The notes: generated by a model from the sequence alone, not told the origin. DNA of 64,000 bases from Podarcis tiliguerta (GCA_965153285.1 OZ229119.1), one strand, 5' to 3'. Positions 27,301-37,704 are shown, numbered from the stretch's first letter. Translations and numbers: made by a program.

Positions 27301-30300
27301 AGTAGAAGGGAGAGAACTTACTTACAAACCAACATACCATAGGTGGTTAGTTGCAGCATTTTCTGATGATGAATGATGGACCCGAAGGGAAGGGAAGGGA
27401 AGGGACAAAGGAACAATTTCCCCAGGCCCTTTTACAGGGGTTTTCCCACCCATGTGTGTCTGAATGACACTTGGCTCTTTTCAAAGAATGTCACTTTTGG
27501 CAGATAACTAGTGTGGCACTTGGATACAGCTGGAGAGATACAGGCACCCACTAGGGGCAGGCAAAGATGGTTACACTGGTACCTCTGGATGCAAACGGGA
27601 TCCGTTCCAAAGCCCCGTTCGCATCCTGAGTAGAACGTGACACATGACTGTGCATCTGCGCATGCACGGATCGCGTTTCGCCGCTTCCGCGCATGCACGC
27701 GACGTTGTTTTGAGCGTCTGCGCATGCGCGAGCGGTGAAACCCGGAAGTAACACGTTCTGTTACTTCCGGGTCGCCGTAGAGCGTAACCTGAAAACGCTC
27801 AACCTGAAGCATACTTAACCCAAGGTATGACTATATTGCTTGGAGGAAATGGCCACTGGGATTGCCCACTCTTAGTGCCAGACAGAACCTTTCCTAGGCT
27901 TCTGGATTCGGAACTGGGTTAGAGCATGTGCTTGCCTTGCTCAGGCTTAATGGATGATAGGAAAGCAATGTTTTTCTGCACGGCATGCAGTTTGATCCTG
28001 AACAACAGCACCAAGTAAACAAGCACAGGATCAGGATGCGAAGGTTCCACGGGAGGAGTCTGCTTCAGCGTCTCCTTGCATCACTATCATTTATAACCAG
28101 TTCTACCATTCATATCAGCAATGTGGATTAGCTAAATAAATTGGCTAAGGAAACAAAAATCAGCAATCTGGATAGAAACTCTGTAAGCACGTTCGGTTAG
28201 CAGCTGCAAAGTGGTGGCATTAAAACATTAAGAATGGAAGCAGTAATAAAGCTGCAACTTTGCCAACGGCTACATGTACTTACTGGGACGCGGGTGGCGC
28301 TGTGGGTTAAAGCCTCAGTGCCTAGGGCTTGCCGATCGAAAGGTCGGCGGTTCGAATCCCCGCGGCGGGGTGCACTCCCGCTGTTCGGTCCCAGCGCCTG
28401 CCAACCTAGCAGTTCGAAAGCACCCCTGGGTGCAAGTAGATAAATAGGGACCGCTTACTAGCGGGAAGGTAAACGGCGTTTCCGTGTGCGGCTCTGGCTC
28501 GCCAGAGCAGCGATGTCACGCTGGCCACGTGACCCGGAAGTGTCTCCGGACAGCGCTGGCCCCCGGCCTCTTTGAGTGAGATGGGCGCACAACCCTAGAG
28601 TCTGTCAAGACTGGCCCGTACGGGCAGGGGTACCTTTACCTTTACCTTTACATGTACTTACTACATTCCCTCCTACAGATTTAACAAGTGCCCAGAACAT
28701 GTACACATGGCCCAATGACACACAATGTATGTGCAACCTTTCAGACATTACTAGTGCAAGTTTAGAGCAAGGCACATTCAAAGTATGCGGGTAATTTCAT
28801 TCTAAGATTTAAGAGAGGAAGCCATGGTTCACTTCATTAACAGCAGAGAGTTCTGTTTATTGGGTGAACCCGTTACTATGTTTGTTTGTTTTTAGAACCA
28901 TAGAGCTATAGAGTTGGAAGGGACCCTGAAAGCCATCTAGTCCAACCCCCTGCAATGCGGGAATTTCAACAAGCAATGCCCCATCCAATTTGAAACCTTA
29001 CTGGACCCTGCTTAGCTTTGCAAATGTGCTAAGTTTTATTGCTGCAGCAATAGGACAATTTGGGTGACAGTTTAGGTGACCCCAATAAAGGATATTGTCA
29101 TGCTGTCACTTTTAGATTGCTTCTAAAGGACCAGCATAGCCACCTGCATTCATTCACTAAGTAGTAAACTGTGACTTTGTGCTGGAGCGTCCTTCTGCCA
29201 AGCTCCATATACCAATTGTGTTTCATAGTCAATTGAATCAGCTGAAGTGGAAGTTGCCATTACAATACAAGTCATCGGTGGATACATTTGTCTTGGCTGA
29301 CAAGTGTTGCTTTCAAGGAAAGCTGTAGCCAGGATAACATTACAGTTGCTGTTATGTTATTGAAGTAGCTGAGAACAGGTCCTTAGAACAGAACAGAGTC
29401 AGACAACGTGTGCAATTTATGAGCAGGCTGCTGTTCTTCCAGCACATACAGGCATGTCAGCCAAAGTGTACCCACACCACATCTTGGCAACCACATACTG
29501 TTAAAGAGGGCACCATTCTTAACATGCGCAAAGATCTCTTCCCAGATAGGGAGCAGGTCAGCCTGCCAAAAATTGTGGATCGAATGTCCCTAATTGTACA
29601 GAGATCACAAAACTAGACAAAGCTACCTGCCAATTTCCCAAGTAGGAAGCTTAGAAAGCAGATCTTGTAACTGCAGAAGTCACTAAGTAATCAAACCCAG
29701 AAGCCTGTGGAAGCAACTAAGAACAACCATTCAGAGTACAAATAAGCAGTTCTGTTCATGCTACAACCTCTTTTGTTTCCTCTTTATTCTCCGCCAAGTT
29801 AGTAGCAAATGAGCCACTCCCAGGATCAGGGCTATTGTGGGTAGTCTAATTGATCAGCGCTGGGAAACAGGACTTGATACATATGGAAACCTGTTAGGCA
29901 AGGAATATTGGTCAGACTTACAAAGAAGCAAGGGAAGACTATTCACCTGACAGAGTTCAGCTGAGAGGTGAAGGAATAAAAGGAAAGGAAAGGAAAGGGA
30001 GCCAAGACCACATATACCCACCCACATGCTTTAGTGATTCTTTTGGAGAACAAAAAGGGTGCAAGTTTAGGAAAGTGAAGATATGAACCCTCATTTATAA
30101 TCTATGGTGCAATCAGGAATGCAATTCCAGCAGAGAGAAAGTAGCAATGGGTTGAAACTCTCCCAAAATAAGTTATCACTAGAAGAGATCAACAAAAAGT
30201 TTGTGTCTTCCCTGACAGCTTCCCATGCTTCTTACGGAAATCCATCTGACTATGTAACCCAGACATAGGCAAACTCAGCCCTCCAAATGTTTTGGGACTA

Positions 30301-33300
30301 CAACTCCCATCATCCCTAGCTAACAGGACCAGTGGTCAGGGATGATGGAAATTGTAGTCTCAAAACATCTGGAGGGCTGAGTTTGCCTATGCCTGATGCA
30401 ACCAATCTCCATTAAGAAAAACCTCTACAACAACCTTCATTAGCCTCCAGATATTTTGGACAGCAATTCTCATCACCCCCAGTCAGCACAGCCACTGTCT
30501 CTGCCAGTCTATCATATATAATTGACAATGTTGTTCAAATAACGCCACAGATTTTCTGGTCCAACCAATTTTTCAAACTTCAGCAAGAGCAAATATAGTA
30601 TAATGATCTCAGAGCTACTAAGCTACCTTGCTGAGGGATGTAACTAGCCCAGGCAGGGAAGCCCTATAGAGGCAGGTGCCTAAGGGAGCCCATATGACAG
30701 GTTACAATTTCTACCACACAGCCCTTGGGCCACAATTAAGCCCTAATTGTTGCTATTCTCTCTATCCCCAAGCTATTTTCTTTTGACTACATGAGGCAGA
30801 CATGATGATATCAGCCTATGATCCCTTTATTTGTCAGAACTATTCTGCAAAGTGCAAATGGGAACTCATCAACCAACTTTAGAAATATCCAGTAACTGGC
30901 ATTTATAACAAGTAGAAGATAAAGGTAAAAAAGGTAAGGTAAAGGACCCGTGGATGGTTAAGTCCAGTCAAAGGTGACTTTGGGGTACAGCTCTCATATC
31001 GCTTTTCCGGCCAAGGGAGCCGGTGTTTGTCCACAAACAGCTTTCCGGGTCATGTGGCCAGCATGACTAAACCACTTCTGGCACAACAGGGCACCGTGAC
31101 AGGAGCCAGAATGCACGGAAATGGCATTTACCTTCCTGCTGCAACAGTACCTATTTATCTACTTGCACTGGTGTGCTTTTGAACTGCTAGGTTGGCAGGA
31201 GCTTGGACAGAGCAACGGGAGCTCACCCTGTCATGTGGATTCAAACCACTGCTTTTTCAATCAGCGAGCCCAAGAAGCTCAGTGGTTTAGACCACTGTGC
31301 CACCCGCATCCCTTGAATAGCAAGTAGAATACAAATCTGAAAAGTTACCCCATTGAAGTTGGTAATATAAATGGCTAACATTTCAACCCTACCCTAGAAC
31401 TCCTACTCTTGATATTGGACCTCCTGTGTAAAAAGAAAGCTGCAGGTATATTATTTTAAAATTACATACAATAATTATAACCTGGTATCTAAATGCTTAA
31501 TTTGGCTTTTTCTATTGAGGGGGGAGAGAGACATGGGACCCCTGTTTTGGAATGTTATTTGGTTAGGGATTCAGAAAACACTTGGATTTTCTGCTGAAAA
31601 TTGTCACCCCTTTGGTTGTCTTCCTCACATGCCTGAAAGAAGCCAAGTATGTAATGTTTTTCAGCAGTATGAGCCCCTGCTCTGGTCAATAGCCTATTTC
31701 CTATTGGGGTGCCATGACTGCTCCCCCCCCCACAATAAAATTGGCTAGGTGAAACACACTTATTTAAACATGTGCAGTTTGGCCCTGAGGCCCTTGGAAA
31801 ATTAAACAATCACAACATTTTGCTACTGTATATATTTCAGGGGTCATGCATATGCTTAGCATAGAAAGACCCACATGAAATTACTGGCATGGAAAATATC
31901 TGTGCCTGTAACCTTAGGGAGCCATTGCCCTTCCTGATGGACAGAATGGGGCTACAAAATGATCTACTGGTCTGTTGAGATAGGAGACTTCCTCATATTT
32001 CATCACATCTCCTTCCCTTTTAGAAAGAAATCAACATACTCACAACCCCCTGCTATACTTCTTCCTGTTGTTCCTACTACTGTGAAACCACTATAACAAC
32101 TGATAAACAGAGACTGGTGACACAGATAGGAAGCCAAAATATTTGCAACTGGAAAGACTTGTTTTAAACTAAGAGAGAGAGAAATCTTAACATACAACCA
32201 TAGCCAAGAGATAGTCAAATGTATCCTGAATTTCAAACTATCCTATGTTTTTTAAAATTCAGGACATTGGGGTGGTTGCCATGTAATGCCAAACCAGGTG
32301 CTGCACATATTTGTCATAAGCTACCGCACTCACTCTCCCACTTCCTCTACACATGCTGCTTTACTGACTTCCTTTTGCTTTTGTGGAAATAATAGTTTTC
32401 CATCATATGCAAACCAGCAAGCTATGGTTTGCACAAGCCTTCCGAATTAAGATGTACATGCTTGAATTCTGGTTTGCAATCCTGATTTGAGAGGTTTGTG
32501 CAAGCCCTAGTTTGGATGAAAACAATTCATTAAAGCACAGCACACAAGAAAAGGGCAAGGAGAGACTATGCAATCAGTGGGCTCATAATATTACATCAAA
32601 CCACGGTTTGGCATCTCTTGTGAACCAACCGTAAAAGAAAAATGGGGGGAAGAACAGACACGTTTAAACATTCATGTCTGGCTGTAAGGATTCATATTTT
32701 GAACACTGAAAATTGCAACCTACTCTGTCAAATTTATGATGTCAAGGTCCCCCCCCCCATTTATTTACATAGAAAAAACAGGCTTAAACTTAGGTATGAG
32801 AGAGATGGGTAGGTACTAGAGTTATTTCTTAAATGTGCTTGTTTGTATTACATTCTAACAGTATTTCAAGCAAAACTGTTTCACGGGATATACAGCTGAT
32901 TTCTTAATTGAGCAGATAAGACCAATAGTGGGTCCAACAGTCAAGAAGGCTGTTTCTGCACATGCTGTGTAGAGGGAAGTGAGGTGCAGATGGGGCTCAT
33001 CTACCTGGGAAGGTAGCCCATCTAGGAGAAGGAAAGCTCTGATCCTAAACCTCCACTGCCTTGTAGGATATTCTTTGGGAGACGAAAAGGCTAAGGAGTA
33101 AACACAAAGGGGAATCCCTAAGACAGTTGAATGGTGCCTTGTATGCCTCCTTCCAGCAAATCCTGCAGCCAAGCTGGTGCCAAATTTCTGGCTCTGCTTT
33201 CCTTTGAACCACGTCAGCGAGGCCGAGAGGGGGGTCGTTGTCTGGGCAGCTCAGGACCACCACCCCACCACCCACCCACCCACTGCCCAAGCTTGTGTTC

Positions 33301-36300
33301 CAGCAGGTCACTTTGGTAGGCTAACACAGCTGTAAATGCCAACAACAGCACTTCCCTGAGAAGCTGTGGACAGCAATTATCTCTTAAACATCTCTCTTCA
33401 TTTCCAAGGGCTATACCAGAGTTGAAAACATCTCGGGCACAAGAAAGGACAAGGATCAATTATCAACATCTAGGAATTTACAAGAACAGAGGTTAGCACC
33501 TAAAAATGTGAAGTGGTATGCTAGGAATTTGAATTTTTTCTAGAACAGGTTTCTTCATACATCTCTCTTCTGAATCCTCTTGTTTTACCATGTCTTTCCT
33601 CAAAGGTTTCCCCAGAGGCTGACTGCTACTGTGTGGATAAGACAGCCCATGACTGCCTTGCAGAAGCAGGAACCAGATTGCTTACAGTTGTTGTTGGAAC
33701 ATGGCTGCACAAGAAGCATTATGTGCAAAGGGAGAGAGAAACTTGCCAGTAAGATAACAGGACTAAAGGGCAGTTCATACTTTATGGAGCAAATATGGTT
33801 TCTGCCAGTACACCAGAGTTACATAAGTGTGAAAGAAAAATATCCACATGCATCTTTAAACATCCACATTCACAGACGTGGCAATCCTGGCCCAATCAGA
33901 GTTCCCACATGGACATGTATAAGAGCATGTACACAGCTGCATATGTTCAACTGATTGTGTTTTTACACTTGTACATTGTGTATTTACACTTGTAAATTAC
34001 ACTTGTAAATACACAACAATGTTTGCCGTGTAAAGCCTTAAGCTACTCTCACACTACCTAAGCGAGGCAAAAGTAACAGTTATGGGTTGGTTGTAACAGA
34101 ATACTATGGTACCAGACAATAATGAAAAATCTGCTTCTTCGGTCAAATTGTCTTGTACAACCAAAACCATCTCAATTTAAATACCTGAGACAAAGCTTTA
34201 CAAGAAAAAAGTAATGAAACCAATTTGTCACCCTTGATGTTTAATAACCTATAATTTACAAATTCTTTCTTGATCTCAGCAGCTTGTAGAACACATTGTG
34301 CAATGTTAAGAGTAACGTCTGACGTTATCTGCTACTGAAAATACCAGGTTTCTATTTTCCACTTGCTATAAGAAATCTAGTTTTTTTTTCTTTAACACAC
34401 TTCTTTTCAGATAGTTCTTTCAAGCACTCTGATTCTGAAGAGCTACACCTCAAGTCAAGCATTTTTTTTCCTGGCAAACAAAATATTTTCCCAATCTGTA
34501 TAAACACATGAAGTTAGGAGTGCCAGAAATGTGCAAAGGTGAATCAAGTGGGTACATGTAATTTAAAACACTGAGCAATGTTTTCCAATAGTGAGGTACT
34601 ATACAAAGTAACCTTACAAGAAATATGTTGAAAGGCTAATTATTTTGAGTCATGCTAAAAATAGAGAGGAAAAAGGAATCGTATTGACTTTTAAGAGGTG
34701 GGACAGGAAGGACTTTGCAGTAAGTTCCCCAACTTTTAAGACAGCTATTTTTAGTATGCATTAAATCGAGAACGTTGCTGGAAAAGCGTCAGGTATAAAA
34801 AGTAGAAACCTAGAAGGCAAATATATTGACAGTCAAATTCAAATGAGATGCCTGAATAAGGACCCTTAATCACAGGCCAAAGACATTTCCATCTGGTTCT
34901 CATTCCAGGAAGCTACATTCCAATCAACAGTCTTTATATTCAGGATGCTTCCACACACACAAAGTCCTTGCCAGTCAGAAGAGGTGGCAGAACCAGCATG
35001 AGAGACCACCTGAGGGCTATGCAGTCCATTTTCCAATTGCAGTGCTTCCTAAGGTGAAAGTTACCTACGGTACTTTCCTATAGGACACTGCCATACTGTC
35101 TCAAACCAGTATTCCAAATATCAGCAACTCTCCAAGGTCTCAGGCAAGGGGTTCTCCTAGCAATACTTTGGGGGAGTAAATAAATGACCTTCTGCATGCA
35201 AAGCATGTATTCTCCTCTGAACTGTGCCCCCTTCTTATGTAGTGCTTCCAACTGTGCACTACAACAGCAAAGCAAGAGAAGTGGAACCTAATATTTTGAT
35301 AAGCCTGGAGCCAGCATTACTTAGAATAATGGTTACTATTCCTCAGTGTCATATTGCAATGAAGAAGAGTACAGTATCCTTTGCGGGTAAATATTTAGGA
35401 TTTTTTTCACACATGCCAACACAGCTACTTCTACTTTTTGAAGCTCTTAAGCAGCTGTAAATAGTACAAATAGCAGAATACTTTCGATGGAGACATTCTG
35501 CAAATCTGTAGTGTCCAGTAGCTTTTAAATAACATCCCTTTATTTACATTTTAGGGAAGTACACTAGACTACTCAGCTGAAAAATACCTGCGGAACACTA
35601 GCTTCTCGCTATTGCAGACAGTAGGTTCTTGATTCATGGAAAACTATGGCCATTTGACTCAATAAATCTGTCTTGACACCAACTACCTACTCCACTATTA
35701 CTCCCCTCTTTCTTGACAAGATACTTGAGCAGATGGTCATTCTTCTATCATTTTGCTGTGTCCTTGCCAGTTCAGTTTCTGACCTGGATATAGCACCCAG
35801 AGGGCATTAGGGTGCTGACAATCTTCTGACAACAAGAATTGTACTATCAGAACTTTCTGCAGCTTTCATAGTTGCTGAACATGCAGTAAATTCCCGTGAA
35901 TCTGGCTACAGAATATTTTTTAATTTCTTCCTCTTCCATGAGGTAGATAATTAAGTTTTAATGGGTTTTTGTCAGGACCAGCCCCAATATATTTTGGCAC
36001 CTGAGCAGGACCCCTTAATGATGTAGATTTTCCCTGGCAGGAAGGGGGACATCAGGAACATGGGGAGAAGCCTGGCATCGGGGATCTGCTGACCCTGTGG
36101 ATCCTGCCGCCTAAAGCAGTCACCTCATCTTGCCTCATGGGTGAGGTAAGTAAATGTTTCGGATCAGAATGGCAAATGTCATCATCATACACTGAGCTAT
36201 AAACTCAAAACATTACAGATAGCAACTACCAAGTGAAACCAAGAGACAGAAACTGCTTCCTATTTGTCACACACCTCCTATACCAAATTAAGGCAAGCTT

Positions 36301-37424
36301 CACCATGATCCAGCTCACACTGCAAAGTGTTTGTCTCCAAAATGACAAACCTACAGGGGGAAAAATGATGCCTCTGTAGAACTTCCTTTTCCTTCACACT
36401 CTCCAGCCCCAGGCACCTACACACCTTCTGCCACATATCCACTGGCTACACTGATAATTTACATAGATGTGAAAACCACCTGCCAAGTAAGGCACATGAA
36501 TGAACTTAAATCAGCACCTTCCAGTGATATGTATGAATAGGGGCAGGGGCTTCAGATCAGGGGCATCCAGACTCTGCGATGAGGGACGGGCAGCCTTCAG
36601 ACTTGCTGGGTCCACTTTGTTGTTGTTTTTACTACAGCCCCAAGTCCCAACCAACTAGAACCAGATACAAAAGAATTCTGAGACCGGGGATTTGTTCCAA
36701 TCGCTGAGAGAACCTACCAGTTAGACCCATATCTATCTTCTGCCCAGCCCTGACTCGGACCACACCTTAAGTAATGAATTCCAATATGCAGGTAACACTC
36801 ACTCAATTCACTCTGTTGGCACAGGCTGGGTAACTGTATTCAGAAATAAGCCCCCCTCCCCACCCACCCCTAAACTCAAGGATGCTTAGGATCCCGGTAG
36901 CTGTGCACACTGGGCTGCAATCCCGAACTTAGCAGCGCTTGCATAGCGGGCCTTGCTCGCGAGGAAGCACCGCACGGGGGGGGGGGGATGTCCCATGGGA
37001 ATCCTGTCAAAAGTCCACAGCGCGCGCGCATCCCCCTGAGGAACCTTTCGCCCTCTCTTGAACAGTGAATTTGGGGAGGAGGGAGGAGAGCCATAGGGGG
37101 GTGAGGAGCGTGAAAACAACCATGGCTGTCGCCACGCATCTTGTGCGACACCTGCCAGCCCATCCGGCCAGGCTTATTCCGTCCTCCAGGCACTTCGCGG
37201 TGAGGAGCTGGCTGGCGCCGCTGTGGCGACAGCCCTCTTTCCCCGCGGCAAGGGGGCATCCACGGGCGGCGGCGGCGGCGGCGCCTCGGCCCCAGCGCAG
37301 GCCGGGCGCGCCTTCCTTCCCCTCCCCGCGCGCACTCACCGTCGATATCGCCCAGCGTGAGCTCGTCGCCGAGCTCCGTCAGGGTCTCCATGGTCTCCAT
37401 GCTGCTCAGCTCGCCGCTCTCCAT
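6172..37424 (-). CDS. SREBF2: Sterol regulatory element-binding protein 2, whole gene (19 coding exons, 3360 nt, 1119 aa)
   Basis: complement(join 37340-37424, 24430-24819, 22567-22748, 21615-21755, 20631-20855, 20085-20199, 19724-19905, 18927-19119, 17891-18072, 16849-17122, 15875-16044, 15492-15660, 14859-14979, 13811-13920, 11881-12013, 10839-11007, 7931-8116, 7091-7202, 6172-6392). All introns GT-AG with consistent phases. Acidic N-terminus ([16 protein letters not shown]), bHLH-Zip with the SREBP-diagnostic Tyr ([10 protein letters not shown]), SPPAS phosphodegron, DRSR and NP S2P motifs, RSIL S1P site, two TM helices, C-terminus GTAIAAS. Confidence 0.99.
7091..7202 (-). CDS. SREBF2: SREBF2 exon 18 ([30 protein letters not shown]...)
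   Basis: ccag|GTC acceptor, AAG|GTCAGG donor, 112 nt. Confidence 0.96.
7931..8116 (-). CDS. SREBF2: SREBF2 exon 17 ([21 protein letters not shown]...RPAYRK)
   Basis: gcag|ATG acceptor, AAG|GTAAGA donor, 186 nt. Confidence 0.96.
9500..9927 (-). pseudogene. RPL36: Processed (retro-) pseudogene of ribosomal protein L36 in SREBF2 intron 16
   Basis: ATG 9877 to TAG 9567 reads [45 protein letters not shown]...[18 protein letters not shown](frameshift)[25 protein letters not shown]. Intronless, AATAAA at 9535-9530, A-rich remnant, 14-bp TSD with 13/14 identity at 9484-9497 and 9928-9941. Confidence 0.93.
10220..10288 (-). ncRNA. MIR33A: microRNA miR-33a precursor hairpin in SREBF2 intron 16 (5p arm 10263-10283; 3p arm about 10222-10243)
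   Basis: Minus strand CUGUA-GUGCAUUGUAGUUGCAUUGCA-UGUUCUGGCAGUACUCGUG-CAAUGUUUCCGCAGUGCAGCAC-AG. The 5p arm equals the known mature miR-33a, the arms pair, and it sits in the canonical host intron in sense orientation. Confidence 0.98.
10839..11007 (-). CDS. SREBF2: SREBF2 exon 16 ([14 protein letters not shown]...[13 protein letters not shown]...GLNN)
   Basis: ctag|G acceptor, AAC|GTAAGT donor, 169 nt. Confidence 0.96.
11130..11760 (-). mobile_element. Degraded L2 LINE fragments (endonuclease piece plus 3' end) in SREBF2 intron 15
   Basis: [11 protein letters not shown] / ILLVYCPP endonuclease motifs and an L2-like 3' tail. Confidence 0.7.
11881..12013 (-). CDS. SREBF2: SREBF2 exon 15 ([24 protein letters not shown]...KCLEMM)
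   Basis: ctag|GC acceptor, GA|GTGTGT donor, 133 nt. Confidence 0.94.
13811..13920 (-). CDS. SREBF2: SREBF2 exon 14 ([19 protein letters not shown]...RSAL)
   Basis: gtag|T acceptor, G|GTAAGT donor, 110 nt. Confidence 0.96.
14019..14360 (-). mobile_element. Sauria SINE, 5'-degenerate
   Basis: AAGGTAAGGTAAAGG tail on the plus strand; body homologous to the 28285 copy. Confidence 0.85.
14859..14979 (-). CDS. SREBF2: SREBF2 exon 13 ([27 protein letters not shown]...DDEEP)
   Basis: acag|CT acceptor, TG|GTAAGC donor, 121 nt. Confidence 0.95.
15492..15660 (-). CDS. SREBF2: SREBF2 exon 12 ([11 protein letters not shown]...[13 protein letters not shown]...QRNP)
   Basis: ccag|AGT acceptor, CAG|GTGAGA donor, 169 nt. 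Confidence 0.96.
15875..16044 (-). CDS. SREBF2: SREBF2 exon 11 ([25 protein letters not shown]...GKLGFLA)
   Basis: gcag|GT acceptor, GCG|GTGAGT donor, 170 nt. Confidence 0.96.
16849..17122 (-). CDS. SREBF2: SREBF2 exon 10 ([14 protein letters not shown]...LHQLHIT)
   Basis: gcag|GAA acceptor, CAG|GTAAGT donor, 274 nt. Confidence 0.96.
17891..18072 (-). CDS. SREBF2: SREBF2 exon 9 ([22 protein letters not shown]2...QADLDLAK)
   Basis: gtag|GC acceptor, AAG|GTAGGT donor, 182 nt. Confidence 0.97.
18927..19119 (-). CDS. SREBF2: SREBF2 exon 8 (VKDEPDSP...DRSR, TM1 with NP, RSIL S1P site)
   Basis: ctag|GTT acceptor, G|GTACTG donor, 193 nt. Confidence 0.96.
19724..19905 (-). CDS. SREBF2: SREBF2 exon 7 ([15 protein letters not shown]...LMSPPASD...PLLDDAK)
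   Basis: tcag|AG acceptor, AAG|GTAGTC donor, 182 nt. Confidence 0.97.
20085..20199 (-). CDS. SREBF2: SREBF2 exon 6 ([38 protein letters not shown]; helix 2 and zipper)
   Basis: gcag|ATG acceptor, A|GTAAGT donor, 115 nt. Confidence 0.97.
20631..20855 (-). CDS. SREBF2: SREBF2 exon 5 (TLVGGNG...basic region/helix 1 [34 protein letters not shown])
   Basis: aaaag|ACT acceptor, AAG|GTATGA donor, 225 nt. Confidence 0.97.
21000..21560 (+). mobile_element. Degraded L2 ORF2 fragment
   Basis: IHALITS..DYS and LQLVQ motifs typical of the region after the L2 RT domain. Confidence 0.65.
21615..21755 (-). CDS. SREBF2: SREBF2 exon 4 ([19 protein letters not shown]...PIQTTALQ)
   Basis: ctag|GTC acceptor, CAG|GTACTG donor, 141 nt; not in ORF track. 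Confidence 0.93.
22567..22748 (-). CDS. SREBF2: SREBF2 exon 3 ([14 protein letters not shown]...QVQQVP)
   Basis: ttttag|TG acceptor, CCA|GTGAGT donor, 182 nt. Confidence 0.96.
24430..24819 (-). CDS. SREBF2: SREBF2 exon 2 ([17 protein letters not shown]...NAATSFQ)
   Basis: tatag|AG acceptor, G|GTAAC donor, 390 nt, Q/P/S-rich. Confidence 0.96.
25591..25901. mobile_element. hAT-Charlie (MER58-like) non-autonomous DNA transposon
   Basis: TIRs CATGGGTAGGCAAACT / AGTTTGCTGACCCCTG, 8-bp TSD TCCTATAA / TCCTATAT, internal tandem duplication. Confidence 0.8.
26107..26226. mobile_element. Short palindromic MITE (related copy at about 61577-61680)
   Basis: GGGTTGTGT...ATGCAACCC termini, internal inverted ACTCAGAGT / ACTCTGAGT. 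Confidence 0.55.
27574..27833. mobile_element. Related Tigger-like MITE, CpG-rich, with internal palindromes
   Basis: TA-flanked; degenerate TIRs CACTGGTACCT / AGGTATGACTA; shares AACCTGAAG repeats with the 1515 copy. Confidence 0.7.
28285..28648 (+). mobile_element. Full-length young Sauria SINE
   Basis: GGGACGCGGGTGGCGCTGTGGG head, tRNA-like B box GGTTCGAATCC, (ACCTTT)n tail, perfect 14-bp TSD TACATGTACTTACT (28271-28284 and 28649-28662), intact CpGs. Confidence 0.92.
30260..30395. mobile_element. Fold-back hAT MITE (136 bp)
   Basis: Near-perfect inverted repeat over its whole length; 8-bp TSD ATGTAACC / ATGCAACC. Confidence 0.85.
30921..31312 (-). mobile_element. Sauria SINE
   Basis: (AAAGGT)n tail and CACCCGCATCCC head on the plus strand. 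Confidence 0.88.
32870..33330 (+). mobile_element. Probable 5' UTR fragment of an RTE-clade LINE
   Basis: CTAGGAGAAGGAAAGCTCTGATCCTAAACCTCC and GGTGCCAAA...TTCCTTTGAACCACGTCAGCGAGG motifs recalled from RTE 5' regions; not confirmed by search. Confidence 0.45.
37340..37424 (-). CDS. SREBF2: SREBF2 exon 1 coding part ([28 protein letters not shown])
   Basis: ATG at 37424; donor G|GTGAGT at 37339; acidic transactivation N-terminus. Confidence 0.97.
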
Positions 37425-37580
37425 CGCCGGCGAGGCGCAACCGGCTCCACCGCCGCCGCCGCCCGCGAGTCAGCAGCCCGTCCCAGGGAGCGGCCGGGGT
37501 GACACCCAGCGCCTTAACCCCTTCTCGGCCAGGCGGCGCTGCCTCAGCTCAGGGACCCGAGGCTCCCTGCCCCGCGCGGC

Positions 37581-37592
37581 GGCGCCATCTTG
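37581..37592 (-). promoter_or_regulatory. YY1-type motif CAAGATGGCG, also an upstream ATG (14-aa uORF 37588-37544)
   Basis: Consensus AAGATGGCG between the promoter module and the SREBF2 ATG. Confidence 0.55.
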
Positions 37593-37680
37593 GCCGAGCC
37601 TCCGCCTACTCCGCCCATCCACCTGCGAGGAGCCACCGCTGCGGCCTGGGCTTGTTGTCAATGAGACCAGGTCCCCGCCG

Positions 37681-37689
37681 GCCAATCAG
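37681..37689 (+). promoter_or_regulatory. NF-Y CCAAT box (GCCAATCAG; inverted relative to SREBF2)
   Basis: Full NF-Y consensus next to the SRE. Confidence 0.8.
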
Positions 37690-37704
37690 CGGGCAGAGCG
37701 GCTC

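Noticed and set aside
28328-28365. tRNA-like box GGTTCGAATCC
   Set aside because: Part of the tRNA-derived head of a Sauria SINE, not a tRNA gene.
32980-33330. Possible self-cleaving ribozyme (HDV-like or hammerhead) in the putative RTE 5' UTR
   Set aside because: I could not build the HDV nested pseudoknot or find the hammerhead core (CUGAUGA...GAAA) by eye; an Infernal or RNArobo search would be needed.
36876-37339. 182-aa ORF continuing past SREBF2 exon 1
   Set aside because: Similarity to SREBF2 stops at the consensus donor G|GTGAGT (37339); the rest is GC-rich intron read-through.
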